Of a DNA stretch of 47,466 bases, positions 1 to 8,257 are shown piece by piece (the stretch's first letter is position 1; the number at the start of each line of letters is the position of its first letter). The stretch is taken from NCBI GenBank assembly GCA_050114655.1, contig JASFRZ010000001.1, positions 1 through 47,466 of the forward strand, written 5' to 3'. The position numbers and the translations under genes are program-made. The stretch comes from Acidobacteriota bacterium (GTDB lineage Bacteria; Acidobacteriota; UBA890). Below the pieces are notes generated by a model. The model was not told where the DNA came from, did no database searches, and saw only the letters and a list, made by a program, of their open reading frames with translations.

Positions 1-1249
1 GACCGCGCCCCGCGCCCAGCGCGGCGCGCACGGCGAGCTCCTGCCGACGGCCGCCGGCGCGTGCCAGCGTCAGGTTGGCGACGTTGGCGCAGGCGATCAG
101 CAGCACGAAACCGACGACGCCCGACAGCACATACACCAGAATGCGCTCGTCGCCGATCTCGCTCTCGCGGTAGTTCTGCAGGAAGACGCCGTAGCCCTCG
201 TTGGTTTCCGGGTACTCCTGCGCCAGCCGGGCGGCGATTCCCGACATCTCGACGTAGGCCTGCTCCTGGCTGACGCCGTCGCGCAGGCGACCGATGGCGG
301 AGAGGTTGTGATTGGAGCGCGGCTGCTCGGTGACGTCGAGCGCCAGCGGCAGCCACATCTGGTCATCGTCGGGGAAGTTGAAGTCGCGCGGCATGATGCC
401 GATCACCGTGTAGGGATCGCCGTCGAGCACGATGGCGCTGCCGACGAGGCCGGGCTCGGCGCCGAAGCGACCGCGCCACAACGCGTCGGCGATCACCACC
501 ACGCGCTCGCCGCCCGGACGATCCTCCTGTTCGGTGAAGACCCGCCCGACTGCGGGCGGGATGCCGAGCACGTCGAACAGCGAGGCAGACACGCGGCTGC
601 CTTCGACGCGCTCCGGATCGCCGCCGCTGAGCAGAGCGAAGGACATCTCGTTGTACGCGGCAATGTCGGTGAAGGCGGTCTGCTGCTCGCGCCAGTCGAC
701 CCAGTTGAGCGGAGAGAGGCTGAGCTGGTCGAAGCGTCCGTCCGGCATGGTTTCCCACAACGCCACCAGACGCTCGCCGTCGGGATATGGAAGCGACCTG
801 AGCAGCATGGTGTTGGTGAGGGTGAAGATCGCCACGTTGGCGCCGATACCGAGCGACAGCGTAAGGATGGCGGTGACCGCGAAGGCCGGGTTGCGCAGCA
901 CGGTGCGCAGCGACAGGCCGATGTCCTGCAGCAGCTTGTCCATGAAGCTTCCTTGTCGGTGCGTCGCCCCGGCGGTCAGCTCGCGCGTAAAACGCGTTTG
1001 CTCCCGCCGCCAGGCGAGGTCGTCGATCAGTCCACGGAGAGCGGTGCTGAGGAGCGTTGTTGCGGTAAGAAGTCGGCCGGCCCCGGCGCGCAGCGCCTCC
1101 AGGCGCTGCTCCCACAGCCAGGAGTCGGCCTCGGCGATGCGCCGCCGGCGCACCGGCGCCGCCATACCGAAGGTGTAGAGTCGCACCCACGCGCGCGCGA
1201 GCGCGGCGAAGAAGCCGCCGTGCGGAAGAGCGGCCGGCGACTCGCTCAT
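1..1249 (-). CDS. MacB/FtsX-type 'ADOP' permease with N-terminal prefix domain; 5' part only, C-terminus off the left edge
   Basis: Absent from the ORF track because it is open to the window edge. I translated the third minus frame by hand: ATG at 1249-1247 (MSESPAALPHGGFF...) with no stop down to base 2. A ~100 aa prefix is followed by MDKLLQDIGLSLRTVLRNPAFAVTAILTLSLGIGANVAIF (canonical MacB-like first TM). Later LLIACANVANLTLARAGGRRQELAVRAALGA parallels the 33408-36131 permease. ATGA start/stop overlap with the upstream PadR gene. The + ORF 308-1342 is its codon-for-codon antisense shadow. Confidence 0.85.
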   Translation of the reverse strand, partial: MSESPAALPHGGFFAALARAWVRLYTFGMAAPVRRRRIAEADSWLWEQRLEALRAGAGRLLTATTLLSTALRGLIDDLAWRREQTRFTRELTAGATHRQGSFMDKLLQDIGLSLRTVLRNPAFAVTAILTLSLGIGANVAIFTLTNTMLLRSLPYPDGERLVALWETMPDGRFDQLSLSPLNWVDWREQQTAFTDIAAYNEMSFALLSGGDPERVEGSRVSASLFDVLGIPPAVGRVFTEQEDRPGGERVVVIADALWRGRFGAEPGLVGSAIVLDGDPYTVIGIMPRDFNFPDDDQMWLPLALDVTEQPRSNHNLSAIGRLRDGVSQEQAYVEMSGIAARLAQEYPETNEGYGVFLQNYRESEIGDERILVYVLSGVVGFVLLIACANVANLTLARAGGRRQELAVRAALGAGRG

Positions 1250-1602
1250 GTGGCCGCCCCGCGCTGCTCGACAGCAACGGTCTCGGCAGCGCGCCGATGC
1301 TCTTCGGCCAGCTTGGCCTCGCCGTCCGCGGTAACCCGATAAAGGCGGCGCAGCGGGCGGCCCTCGTCGGCCGCCACCTGCGGATCCTCCCACCGGCTGT
1401 CGAGCAGCCCGGCGCGCTCCAGGCGGGCGAGCGAGCGATACAGGGTACCGTGCGCCGTCAGCCGCTTGGCGCCGTCGGCATCCTCCATGTGCTTGGCGAG
1501 CAGGAAGCCGTGAAACTCGGCGTCACCACCGTCGCGCAGCTCGATGGCGGCCTCGAGTGTGGCGACCTCCAGAGGTACGAGAGTTCCTTTCTTTCTTCGC
1601 AT
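1246..1602 (-). CDS. PadR family transcriptional regulator
   Basis: Internal ATG at 1602 of ORF 1246-1965 (MRRKKGTLVPLEVATLEAAIEL...). HGFLLAKHMED...LTAHGTLYRSLARLERAGLLDSRWE...RRLYRVTADGEAKL is the PadR winged-helix pattern. Its stop overlaps the permease start (ATGA). Confidence 0.85.
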   Translation of the reverse strand: MRRKKGTLVPLEVATLEAAIELRDGGDAEFHGFLLAKHMEDADGAKRLTAHGTLYRSLARLERAGLLDSRWEDPQVAADEGRPLRRLYRVTADGEAKLAEEHRRAAETVAVEQRGAAT

Positions 1603-1610
1603 GTCGAAAG

Positions 1611-1632
1611 AATAAGCAGATATCTGCTCATT
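1611..1632. promoter_or_regulatory. 22-bp near-perfect palindrome, candidate PadR operator
   Basis: AATAAGCAGATATCTGCTCATT: the core AGCAGATATCTGCT (1615-1628) is a perfect 14-bp palindrome, and the flanks pair except one position. It is AT-rich in a GC-rich genome, lies 9 nt upstream of the PadR start and sits in the divergent spacer to the hydrolase gene. Confidence 0.5.
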
Positions 1633-1726
1633 AGTCAACGGAAACCTCGCGCCGCCGTGCACTGGTGGCCACCGGGGGGCGCCTGTTACCGTCGTCGCGC
1701 TCCCCCGCCCGTGGCCAGGAGGGGAA

Positions 1727-3184
1727 GTGCGCAAATCGGTTGGTCTCTTGTCGCGTCTGCTCGTGTTGGCTCTTGCCGCGCTGGCCCCCGCTGCCTTCAA
1801 CACACGGGCTCCCGGCTCACCGCCGGAGCAGGAAACGCTCGAGTTCACCACCGATGACGGCGTCACGTTGTACGGCGAGCTGTACCGCGCCGACGCCCCC
1901 GCAAACGCGCCGGTGGTGCTGTTGTTCCACCAGGGACGCGGCAGCTCGGCGGAGTACGCGCCCATCGCGCCGCGCCTGACGCGCGCCGGTTATCACGCCG
2001 TCGCCGTCGATCAACGCCGCGGCGGTGACATGTTCGGGCGGCCCAATCGCACGCTCGCAGGCCTGGACGTCACGGAGCCACCGAGCTATTGCGCGGTGTA
2101 CGCCGACCTCGAGGCGACGCTGACGGAGACGCGCGCGCGCGGGCTGACCGGCCCCGTAGTGGCCTTGGGTAGCAGTTACAGCGCCGCATTGGTGATGCGG
2201 CTCGGCGCCGAGCACCCCGAGGACGTTGCGGCGGTGGCCGCCTTCTCTCCCGCTTCAGGGGAACCGATGGCCGGCTGCGAGCCGGAGCCCTGGGCCGAGC
2301 GGCTGCGACAGCCGTTGTTCGTGGCGCGGCCCGATCGCGAGCTGGAAAATGAGGAGCTGCCGTGGATCGCCGAGCAGTTCGCGCTTTTCCGCTCGCTGGG
2401 GGCCACCACCTTCGTTTCCGCGGGCGGTCGCCACGCCTCGTCAATGCTGGTCGCCGAGCGCAATGACGTGCCCACCGAGGCCGGCTGGCGGGCGCTCAAT
2501 GCGTTCCTCTACGAGCACGTTCCCGCCCCCGGGCGCCGCTTGGAAATCGATAACGACGGCTGGCAGCTGGTCGGCGACCTGACCCTGCCGCTGAGCGATG
2601 GCCCCTGGCCGGCAGCGCTGCTGCTGCACAACGCCGCCGGATCACGCGCCGAACAACGGGGGCTTGCCTCCGCGCTGGCGCGCCGCGGCATCGCCTCGCT
2701 GCGCCTCGATCTGCGCGGCCACGGCGACAGCATCAACCGCGGCCGCTTCGAACCCGACGACCTCGACGGCACGCGCCACCTAGTCGACGAAGCGCCCGCC
2801 GACGTGCAGGCCGCGCTCGAAGCACTACCGGCGCTCGCCAACGTCGACCCGGCGCGCATCGCCGTAGTCGGCGCCAGCTATACCGGTGAGACCGCCGCCG
2901 AGGCGGCGCGCTCCATGGGTCGCTACCAGGCAGCCTACGTGATGCTGTCGCCTGGCGACTTCAGCGAGGAGTCGATCGCCGCCGTCGACGGCAGCGGGGC
3001 CGACTGGCTGTTCCTGCGCTCCGCCACGGAACGGCCTTTCTTCGACGAGCTGTTCGCCGACATCGCCGCCGGTAGCAGCGCCGCGATCCGCGTTGTTCCT
3101 GGCAGCGCGCACGGCACACGGATCCTCCGAGCACCGCAGATGGTGCAGCAGATCGCCGACTGGATCGCGGCGCGGCTCGACTGA
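1727..3184 (+). CDS. Secreted tandem-duplicated alpha/beta hydrolase (dienelactone-hydrolase-like)
   Basis: GTG start with AGGAGG at 1707-1712 and a signal-like N-terminus (LLSRLLVLALAALAPAA). The two halves align: LEFTTDDGVTLYGELY...VVLLFHQGRGS...VVALGSSYSAAL versus LEIDNDGWQLVGDLT...ALLLHNAAGS...IAVVGASYTGE. Both carry a G-x-S-Y-x nucleophile elbow. Confidence 0.75.
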   Translation: MRKSVGLLSRLLVLALAALAPAAFNTRAPGSPPEQETLEFTTDDGVTLYGELYRADAPANAPVVLLFHQGRGSSAEYAPIAPRLTRAGYHAVAVDQRRGGDMFGRPNRTLAGLDVTEPPSYCAVYADLEATLTETRARGLTGPVVALGSSYSAALVMRLGAEHPEDVAAVAAFSPASGEPMAGCEPEPWAERLRQPLFVARPDRELENEELPWIAEQFALFRSLGATTFVSAGGRHASSMLVAERNDVPTEAGWRALNAFLYEHVPAPGRRLEIDNDGWQLVGDLTLPLSDGPWPAALLLHNAAGSRAEQRGLASALARRGIASLRLDLRGHGDSINRGRFEPDDLDGTRHLVDEAPADVQAALEALPALANVDPARIAVVGASYTGETAAEAARSMGRYQAAYVMLSPGDFSEESIAAVDGSGADWLFLRSATERPFFDELFADIAAGSSAAIRVVPGSAHGTRILRAPQMVQQIADWIAARLD

Positions 3185-3248
3185 TACCCGACGCAGCGAT
3201 CGCGCGCATGTGGTGCCCGCGCAACCGCGACCCGACCGAGATTCCGGG

Positions 3249-4160
3249 CTAGCCGATCGGCACCAGGGTGTCGCCCTCCGCCGCCTCGCCCTCGACGATG
3301 GTACAGATCGACGACTGGCCGAGCACGCGGGTGACCTCGAGGATGCCGACCTGCTCGGTGATGCGGTCGAGCACGTTGCCCGACGCATCCTTGATCTCGT
3401 CGACCACGCGCATGACCTGGTAGCGCTGCCCGACGGTGACGCCGAAGTTCTGACCCTTGTCGATGTACAGGCCGGAGTCACCGGTACCGACGATCTGCGC
3501 CGGCGGGATCGGCGGCTGGATGGCCGCCAAATCACCGGACTCGCCGGCGATCTTCTCGGCCATTTTCTCGACTGCCGGGCGCAGCGCTTCGGCCGCCAGG
3601 CCGGCATCGTAGTCCTGGTAGGCGCTCACCCCGCCGACCCGGATGCCGCCGAGGCGCTTGGTACCCTCGGCCTCGTCGGCGAAGAGGATCTCCGCGGTGT
3701 TCACGTTGATCAGCCGTACGTCGACCGTCGAGTCGGCCTCGGCGTACTTGACGCCGAACCCGCCGATGCCGCCGCCCTTCTCGTTGATCGAGAACTTGGT
3801 GATCGAGCCGGTCAGGATGACCTGTACGCCGAGAATCCGGCCGATCTCCGCCGCCTGGTCCGGCCGCACACGGCCGCTCTGGCCGAAGTCCTGCTCGGCG
3901 AGGATGGCGTTGATCTGCTCGCGCTCGACGACCGAGAACTTGCCGGACTGGAACAGCTGGGTGACGAACTCGTCGGCGGCGGCCTCACCGAGGTGGTCGC
4001 CCCACCAGGTCCACTGGCTGTTGTTCTCGAAGTTCATCACCGCGATGCGCACCTTGTCCTGTGGTGCCGGCGCGGGGCCCGCCAGGGCGAGCGGGGCGCT
4101 CGCAGCCACGGCGATGGCCAGGGTTACAATAAGTGCGGAAACGAAGCGTGAAGTGGCCAT
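3249..4160 (-). CDS. CsgG/HfaB-family protein with extra C-terminal beta-barrel-like domain
   Basis: Signal peptide MATSRFVSALIVTLAIAVAASAPLALA. KVRIAVMNFENNS...FVTQLFQSGKFSVVEREQINAILAEQDFGQSGRV...AAEIGRILGVQVILTGSITKF matches the CsgG family pattern. The tail (...VGILEVTRVLGQSSICTIVEGEAAEGDTLVPIG) looks like a small barrel domain. GAGG lies 5-6 nt before the ATG. Confidence 0.75.
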   Translation of the reverse strand: MATSRFVSALIVTLAIAVAASAPLALAGPAPAPQDKVRIAVMNFENNSQWTWWGDHLGEAAADEFVTQLFQSGKFSVVEREQINAILAEQDFGQSGRVRPDQAAEIGRILGVQVILTGSITKFSINEKGGGIGGFGVKYAEADSTVDVRLINVNTAEILFADEAEGTKRLGGIRVGGVSAYQDYDAGLAAEALRPAVEKMAEKIAGESGDLAAIQPPIPPAQIVGTGDSGLYIDKGQNFGVTVGQRYQVMRVVDEIKDASGNVLDRITEQVGILEVTRVLGQSSICTIVEGEAAEGDTLVPIG

Positions 4161-4261
4161 ATCGACCTCATGATGAAACGGTGTGGAAGCTCGAGTGTGA
4201 CGGCGTGTAGTCTCGCCTACGGTAGCGAACCTCCGGAGGCAACTTCAACACGAATGGGCGC

Positions 4262-6283
4262 ATGACCCAGATCGATTTTACCGGACGCACGCTGGGTGGA
4301 TACCGCATTCTGCGCAAGCTCGGGCAGGGCGGCATGGCGGTGGTCTACAAGGCGCACGAGGAATCGCTCAATCGCGTCGTCGCCCTCAAGGTCATCGCCC
4401 AGCACCTGGCCGAGGACGAGCAGTTCATCGCCCGCTTCCAGCGCGAGGCTCAGGCCGCGGCGCAGCTCAACCACCCCAACATCGTGCAGATCTACGCCAT
4501 CGGCGAGGATCAAGGGGTGCACTACTTCTCGATGGAGTTCGTCAAAGGCCGCAGCCTGGCCGAGATCATCGAGGAGGAGGGGTTCATGCCCGCCGGCCGC
4601 GCGTTGCCGATCATCGCGCAAGCGGCGGAGGCATTGGCGGCAGCGCACGAAGCGGGGATCGTGCATCGCGACATCAAGCCGGCGAACATCATGGTGGACG
4701 GCAACGGCCGCGTGAAGGTAGCCGACTTCGGCATTGCTCAGATGGCCACCGCGACGCGCATGACGCAGTCGGGCATTCTCGTCGGCACCCCGGAGTTCAT
4801 CTCCCCCGAGCAGTGCCGCGGTGAGAAGCTCGACGGCCGCTCCGACATCTACTCGCTCGGCGTCACGCTGTACCAGCTACTCGTCGGGCGCACGCCGTTC
4901 GAGGCGGACACACCGGCGGCACTGGTTTTTCAGATCATCGAGGGGCCGATCCCGCAGGTCGGCGAGCTCAACCCGACCGTATCGCAGGACGTGCGCGACA
5001 TCGTCGCCAAGATGATGCACACGGACCGCAACCAACGCTATCAGAGCGCGGAGGACCTGGCGCACGCCCTGCGCGCCGCCGACACCCAGCCGGTCACCAG
5101 CGGTGCGCGGCCGCATCCGGCGCCCGGCGTCGTGGGCGCGGTCGAGGCGCCCGCGGATCGCAACGCGGCGACGACGCCGCACGGCGACGCCGGGCCGACC
5201 GAGGCGATGCCGCCCACCGCCGCTCCAGCCGCAACCGATGCCGCGCCCGCGCCCGCTGCTGTACCCGTCACTGACGCCGCGCCTGCGCCCGACGCTGTAC
5301 CCGCCACCGACGCCGCGCCTGCGCCCCGCCCGGCGCCAACCGATGCCGACAACCTGTCGACAGAACCACATCCGGAGCCGCAATCCCCCGCCACTGCGGC
5401 GTACGCGGGACGCAGCGGCAACAATCGCGGTGCGCTGCTCGGCCTGGCCGCCGCGGTGCTGATCATCATCACCGTGCTGGTCGTCGGCTGGCAGTTCATG
5501 GGCCATTCCGACGCAGAGGGATTCGACCCCACCTCCGACGCCCGTCCGCAGGCGATTCCCGAGCTGCAGACCAAGGACGCAGGCAATGCGACCACCGAAC
5601 CAACCGCAGCCGGTGCAGGCGACGACGCGACGGCCGCTGCGGGCGCCACGGGCGGCGCGGCGGCCGAGACGACCGCAGCCGAGGCCCCCGCTGAGACGGC
5701 AACCGCCGACGCCGGTGCTGGCGGCGGAGCAACCGCCGACGCCGGCACCCCTCCTGAGACGGCGGCTACCGAGCCCGCGCAGGCCAGCACTCCGCCGGCA
5801 AGCGCTCGAGCGACGACGGGGCAGGGCGCCGGCCCGCCGCAGGCCGCGGTCGTCGAGGAGCAGCCCGCGTTCACGCCGCCGCCCGACGACTCGATCGTCG
5901 CCGAGACCTCGGGCGAGTACGAGTACGTCGAACAGGTGCACGCCTGGATCGAGAGCGAGTTCGGCGATCAGCGATTTGTGGTCATCGACCTGCCGTCCTC
6001 GCCCGCCGCAAGCCTCGCCGAGGCGGCGCGCTATCAGGTCGCGACCAGTGCCCGGCTGGTAGGCACCGAGCCGCTGCAGTACTTCGGCAATGTGCAGACG
6101 CAGTACACGGTGTCGCTCACGTCACGGGTCATCGATCTGGCGAGCGGTCGCACCGTGGTGGGCCCCGAGACCGAGACGATCAAGTACACGTCGGTCAACA
6201 TGCAGCAGAACCTGGAGCAGGGCACCACCAACCTGGCCCGCCGCATGGCGCGCGAGTTGCGGCAGCTCATTCGCATGCCGTGA
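4262..6283 (+). CDS. Hanks-type Ser/Thr protein kinase, single TM, Ala/Pro/Thr-rich linkers, C-terminal periplasmic domain
   Basis: GQGGMAVVYKA (P-loop), VALKVI, HRDIKPANIMV, VADFGIA and TPEFISPEQ are kinase subdomains I-VIII. TM segment ALLGLAAAVLIIITVLVVGW. The ~140 aa C-terminal domain is of unknown family. Confidence 0.92.
   Translation: MTQIDFTGRTLGGYRILRKLGQGGMAVVYKAHEESLNRVVALKVIAQHLAEDEQFIARFQREAQAAAQLNHPNIVQIYAIGEDQGVHYFSMEFVKGRSLAEIIEEEGFMPAGRALPIIAQAAEALAAAHEAGIVHRDIKPANIMVDGNGRVKVADFGIAQMATATRMTQSGILVGTPEFISPEQCRGEKLDGRSDIYSLGVTLYQLLVGRTPFEADTPAALVFQIIEGPIPQVGELNPTVSQDVRDIVAKMMHTDRNQRYQSAEDLAHALRAADTQPVTSGARPHPAPGVVGAVEAPADRNAATTPHGDAGPTEAMPPTAAPAATDAAPAPAAVPVTDAAPAPDAVPATDAAPAPRPAPTDADNLSTEPHPEPQSPATAAYAGRSGNNRGALLGLAAAVLIIITVLVVGWQFMGHSDAEGFDPTSDARPQAIPELQTKDAGNATTEPTAAGAGDDATAAAGATGGAAAETTAAEAPAETATADAGAGGGATADAGTPPETAATEPAQASTPPASARATTGQGAGPPQAAVVEEQPAFTPPPDDSIVAETSGEYEYVEQVHAWIESEFGDQRFVVIDLPSSPAASLAEAARYQVATSARLVGTEPLQYFGNVQTQYTVSLTSRVIDLASGRTVVGPETETIKYTSVNMQQNLEQGTTNLARRMARELRQLIRMP
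5234..5347 (+). repeat. In-frame tandem repeat, 36-nt unit, ~3.2 copies, in the kinase linker
   Basis: ACCGATGCCGCGCCCGCGCCCGCTGCTGTACCCGTC / ACTGACGCCGCGCCTGCGCCCGACGCTGTACCCGCC / ACCGACGCCGCGCCTGCGCCCCGCCCGGCGCCA / ACCGATGCC. These encode TDAAPAPAAVPV-TDAAPAPDAVPA-TDAAPAPRPAP-TDA. Confidence 0.85.
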
Positions 6284-6293
6284 GCCGGGCCCG

Positions 6294-6926
6294 TCAGCCG
6301 GCGAGGTGGTCGTAGAACTCCTCGCGCAGCACCCGCTCGAGCGTCGCCAGCCGCTTGCGGTCGCGCTTACCCTTGCGCGCCTCGACGATCACGACATGGG
6401 GCAACTCCGGGAGGTCGGGATAGATCTCGTGGCGCTCCACGCCGCAGAAGACCGGCAGCTCGCTCTCTCCGTAGCGGCATTCCCGCACGTCATCGAAGCC
6501 GCACGCCCGCAACGCTTCGCGGATCAGCTCACGGTTCCACAGAAAGCGGTGCCCCCAGCCACGAAATGCCCGGTTGGTGTGAACCGCCATCAGGCGCCTG
6601 TCCTCCTCCGATAGCTGCGGGTCGAGCCGATAATGCGTCTCCCATACCCAGTCGAGATTCGGCGTCGACAACCGCAGCCAGCCGTCGGCAGCGAGGATCC
6701 GGTGCACCGCCTGCAAGAAACGCAGCGCGTCCGGCAGGGCCAGGTGCTCCAGAAAGTGCTCCGCGAACACCGCCTGGACGGCATCGAAGTCCAAGCCGTC
6801 GGTCACGTCGGCAACGACGTCGACTCCCGGCAGGGGCTTGGAGTCGATGTTGACCCAGCCCTCCAGGTGCTTGTCACCGCAGCCGATGTGTAGGCGCAGC
6901 GGCTGTTGCTGCCCACGGATCCTCAT
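6294..6926 (-). CDS. Class I SAM-dependent methyltransferase
   Basis: Internal ATG at 6926 of ORF 6294-7070 (MRIRGQQQPLRLHIGCGDKHLEGWVNID...AEHFLEHL...LRFLQAVHRILAADGWLRLSTPN). This is the Methyltransf_11/23-like G-x-G motif and post-I/II motifs. Confidence 0.8.
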   Translation of the reverse strand: MRIRGQQQPLRLHIGCGDKHLEGWVNIDSKPLPGVDVVADVTDGLDFDAVQAVFAEHFLEHLALPDALRFLQAVHRILAADGWLRLSTPNLDWVWETHYRLDPQLSEEDRRLMAVHTNRAFRGWGHRFLWNRELIREALRACGFDDVRECRYGESELPVFCGVERHEIYPDLPELPHVVIVEARKGKRDRKRLATLERVLREEFYDHLAG

Positions 6927-7105
6927 CACGGGACGTTCCTGCGTCGGCCCGGCCCATGTCAAGCAATGCCCCAGACCGCGCCCGACGCGCCTGCGCTGCG
7001 CCCTGGCCGGCTGCTCTGGTAGCCTGCCCTGAAAACGATCGATTGGTCCGCATCGACAAGGCAGCATCATCGTGGCCCTCGACCGACTCTTGACAATCTC
7101 CGTCG

Positions 7106-8257
7106 ATGACTGAGCTGCAGATCATCAAGCTCATGCGGCCGGAAGCGAGCCGCTCGGTGGAGCTGCGCCACCTGCTGCGCGTGTGTGTCACCGAGGCGCG
7201 TGAGATCTTTCCCCGCGTTCACGTGATCGCGCTCGACGCGGCCGACCAGGAGGGCAGTCGGACCGCGCTCGACCCCACGCTCACCACGTTGATCATCGGC
7301 GACGCCGACGTGCTGGTCGCCCGCCGGAGCCTCGAAGCCATGCTCTCGGCATTGTCCGGAGGCCGCGAGGTCGCCGTACCCTCCCCGATACACAGCTTCG
7401 CCGCGGCCGCCGCTCGACCGCTGTATTCGCTGTGCGGTTTCGAGGACCTGGAACGCACCATCCTCACCGCGGGCGAGTCTCCGCGCGAGACGCCCAGCTC
7501 GCACTTGCCGGTGGCGCTCGTCTCGCCTCGCTGGCTGGAGAGGGTCGCACCCGATTGCTCCATCGGCCGCCTGCTCACCGAACCCGGACTGCTGCAGGAA
7601 ACCTGCGGCGCGGATGACGTCGCGTCGACAGGGGTGTTCTTCGAGCTTGCCGACTACTACGGGCAGCGTCGCGACGACATCCTGCCGCTGCTGCCGTCCA
7701 GCGCCCATCGCGTGCTGGAGGTCGGGTGCGGCCGCGGCCGCACCGCCGAGATCGTAGGAGAGCGCCTCGGCTGTCCGGTGGTCGGGATCGAGCTGAATCC
7801 CGAGGTCGCTCGCGAAGCTGCCCTGCGCCTGGAACGGGTCATCGTCGGAGACGTGTTGGAGGTCGAGATCGATGGCCGCTTCGACGTCATCATCGCTACC
7901 GAAGTGCTCGAGCACGTCGAGGACACGGAGTCGTTTCTGCAGCGCATGAGGCGCCTGCTGGAGCCGGGCGGGCGGTTGATCATGTCGGTGCCCAATGTCG
8001 GCCACTACTCGGTCGTCGCCGATCTCGTCCGCGGCCGGTGGGACTACGTCCCCGCGGGGTTGCTGTGCATCACCCATGTGCGCTTCTTCACCCGCAGGTC
8101 GCTGTCCGAGTGGTGCCGGCGGGCGGGTTTCGGCCACGTCGAGCTTCACCCGCAGATGACCGACCTGCCGCGCGACCTCGAGGAGCTCACGGAGCTTCCC
8201 GGGGCAGACCGCGAGAGCCTGCGAACGGAGGGGTTTCTGGTCGTGTGCACGCTGTGA
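7106..8257 (+). CDS. Two-domain protein: ~190 aa N-terminal domain of unknown function plus C-terminal class I SAM methyltransferase
   Basis: RVLEVGCGRGRTAEIVGERLGCPVVGIELNPEVA...FDVIIATEVLEHVEDTESFLQRMRRLLEPGGRLIMSVPN is a clear SAM-MT core. It is the first gene of a chain of 4-nt start/stop overlaps. Confidence 0.8.
   Translation: MTELQIIKLMRPEASRSVELRHLLRVCVTEAREIFPRVHVIALDAADQEGSRTALDPTLTTLIIGDADVLVARRSLEAMLSALSGGREVAVPSPIHSFAAAAARPLYSLCGFEDLERTILTAGESPRETPSSHLPVALVSPRWLERVAPDCSIGRLLTEPGLLQETCGADDVASTGVFFELADYYGQRRDDILPLLPSSAHRVLEVGCGRGRTAEIVGERLGCPVVGIELNPEVAREAALRLERVIVGDVLEVEIDGRFDVIIATEVLEHVEDTESFLQRMRRLLEPGGRLIMSVPNVGHYSVVADLVRGRWDYVPAGLLCITHVRFFTRRSLSEWCRRAGFGHVELHPQMTDLPRDLEELTELPGADRESLRTEGFLVVCTL

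Noticed and set aside
308-1342. 344 aa + ORF (and the 304 aa - ORF 363-1277) covering the left end
   Set aside because: Both have Arg/Ala/Gly-rich junk composition with no motifs. The + ORF is the exact codon-for-codon antisense of the hand-translated permease frame, which carries clear MacB/FtsX signatures.
4230-4239. CCTCCGGAGG 10-bp palindrome in the CsgG-kinase spacer
   Set aside because: It is a short GC-rich self-complementary decamer, easily expected by chance at this GC content. It has no flanking symmetry or repeat partner.
7090-7095. Perfect TTGACA hexamer just upstream of the methyltransferase gene
   Set aside because: It lies only 10 nt before the ATG at 7106, so a matching -10 would fall inside the coding sequence. 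It is not a plausible promoter for this gene.
7726-8253. Long 5' extensions of real genes in the ORF track (7726-8253, 24705-25577, 15617-15994, 22666-23139, 40617-40781, 6927-7070, 36484-36618, 39095-39151)
   Set aside because: These segments overlap neighbouring genes or spacers and are Arg/Pro-rich. They are replaced by internal starts that have RBS support, 4-nt coupling, or a family-typical N-terminus.
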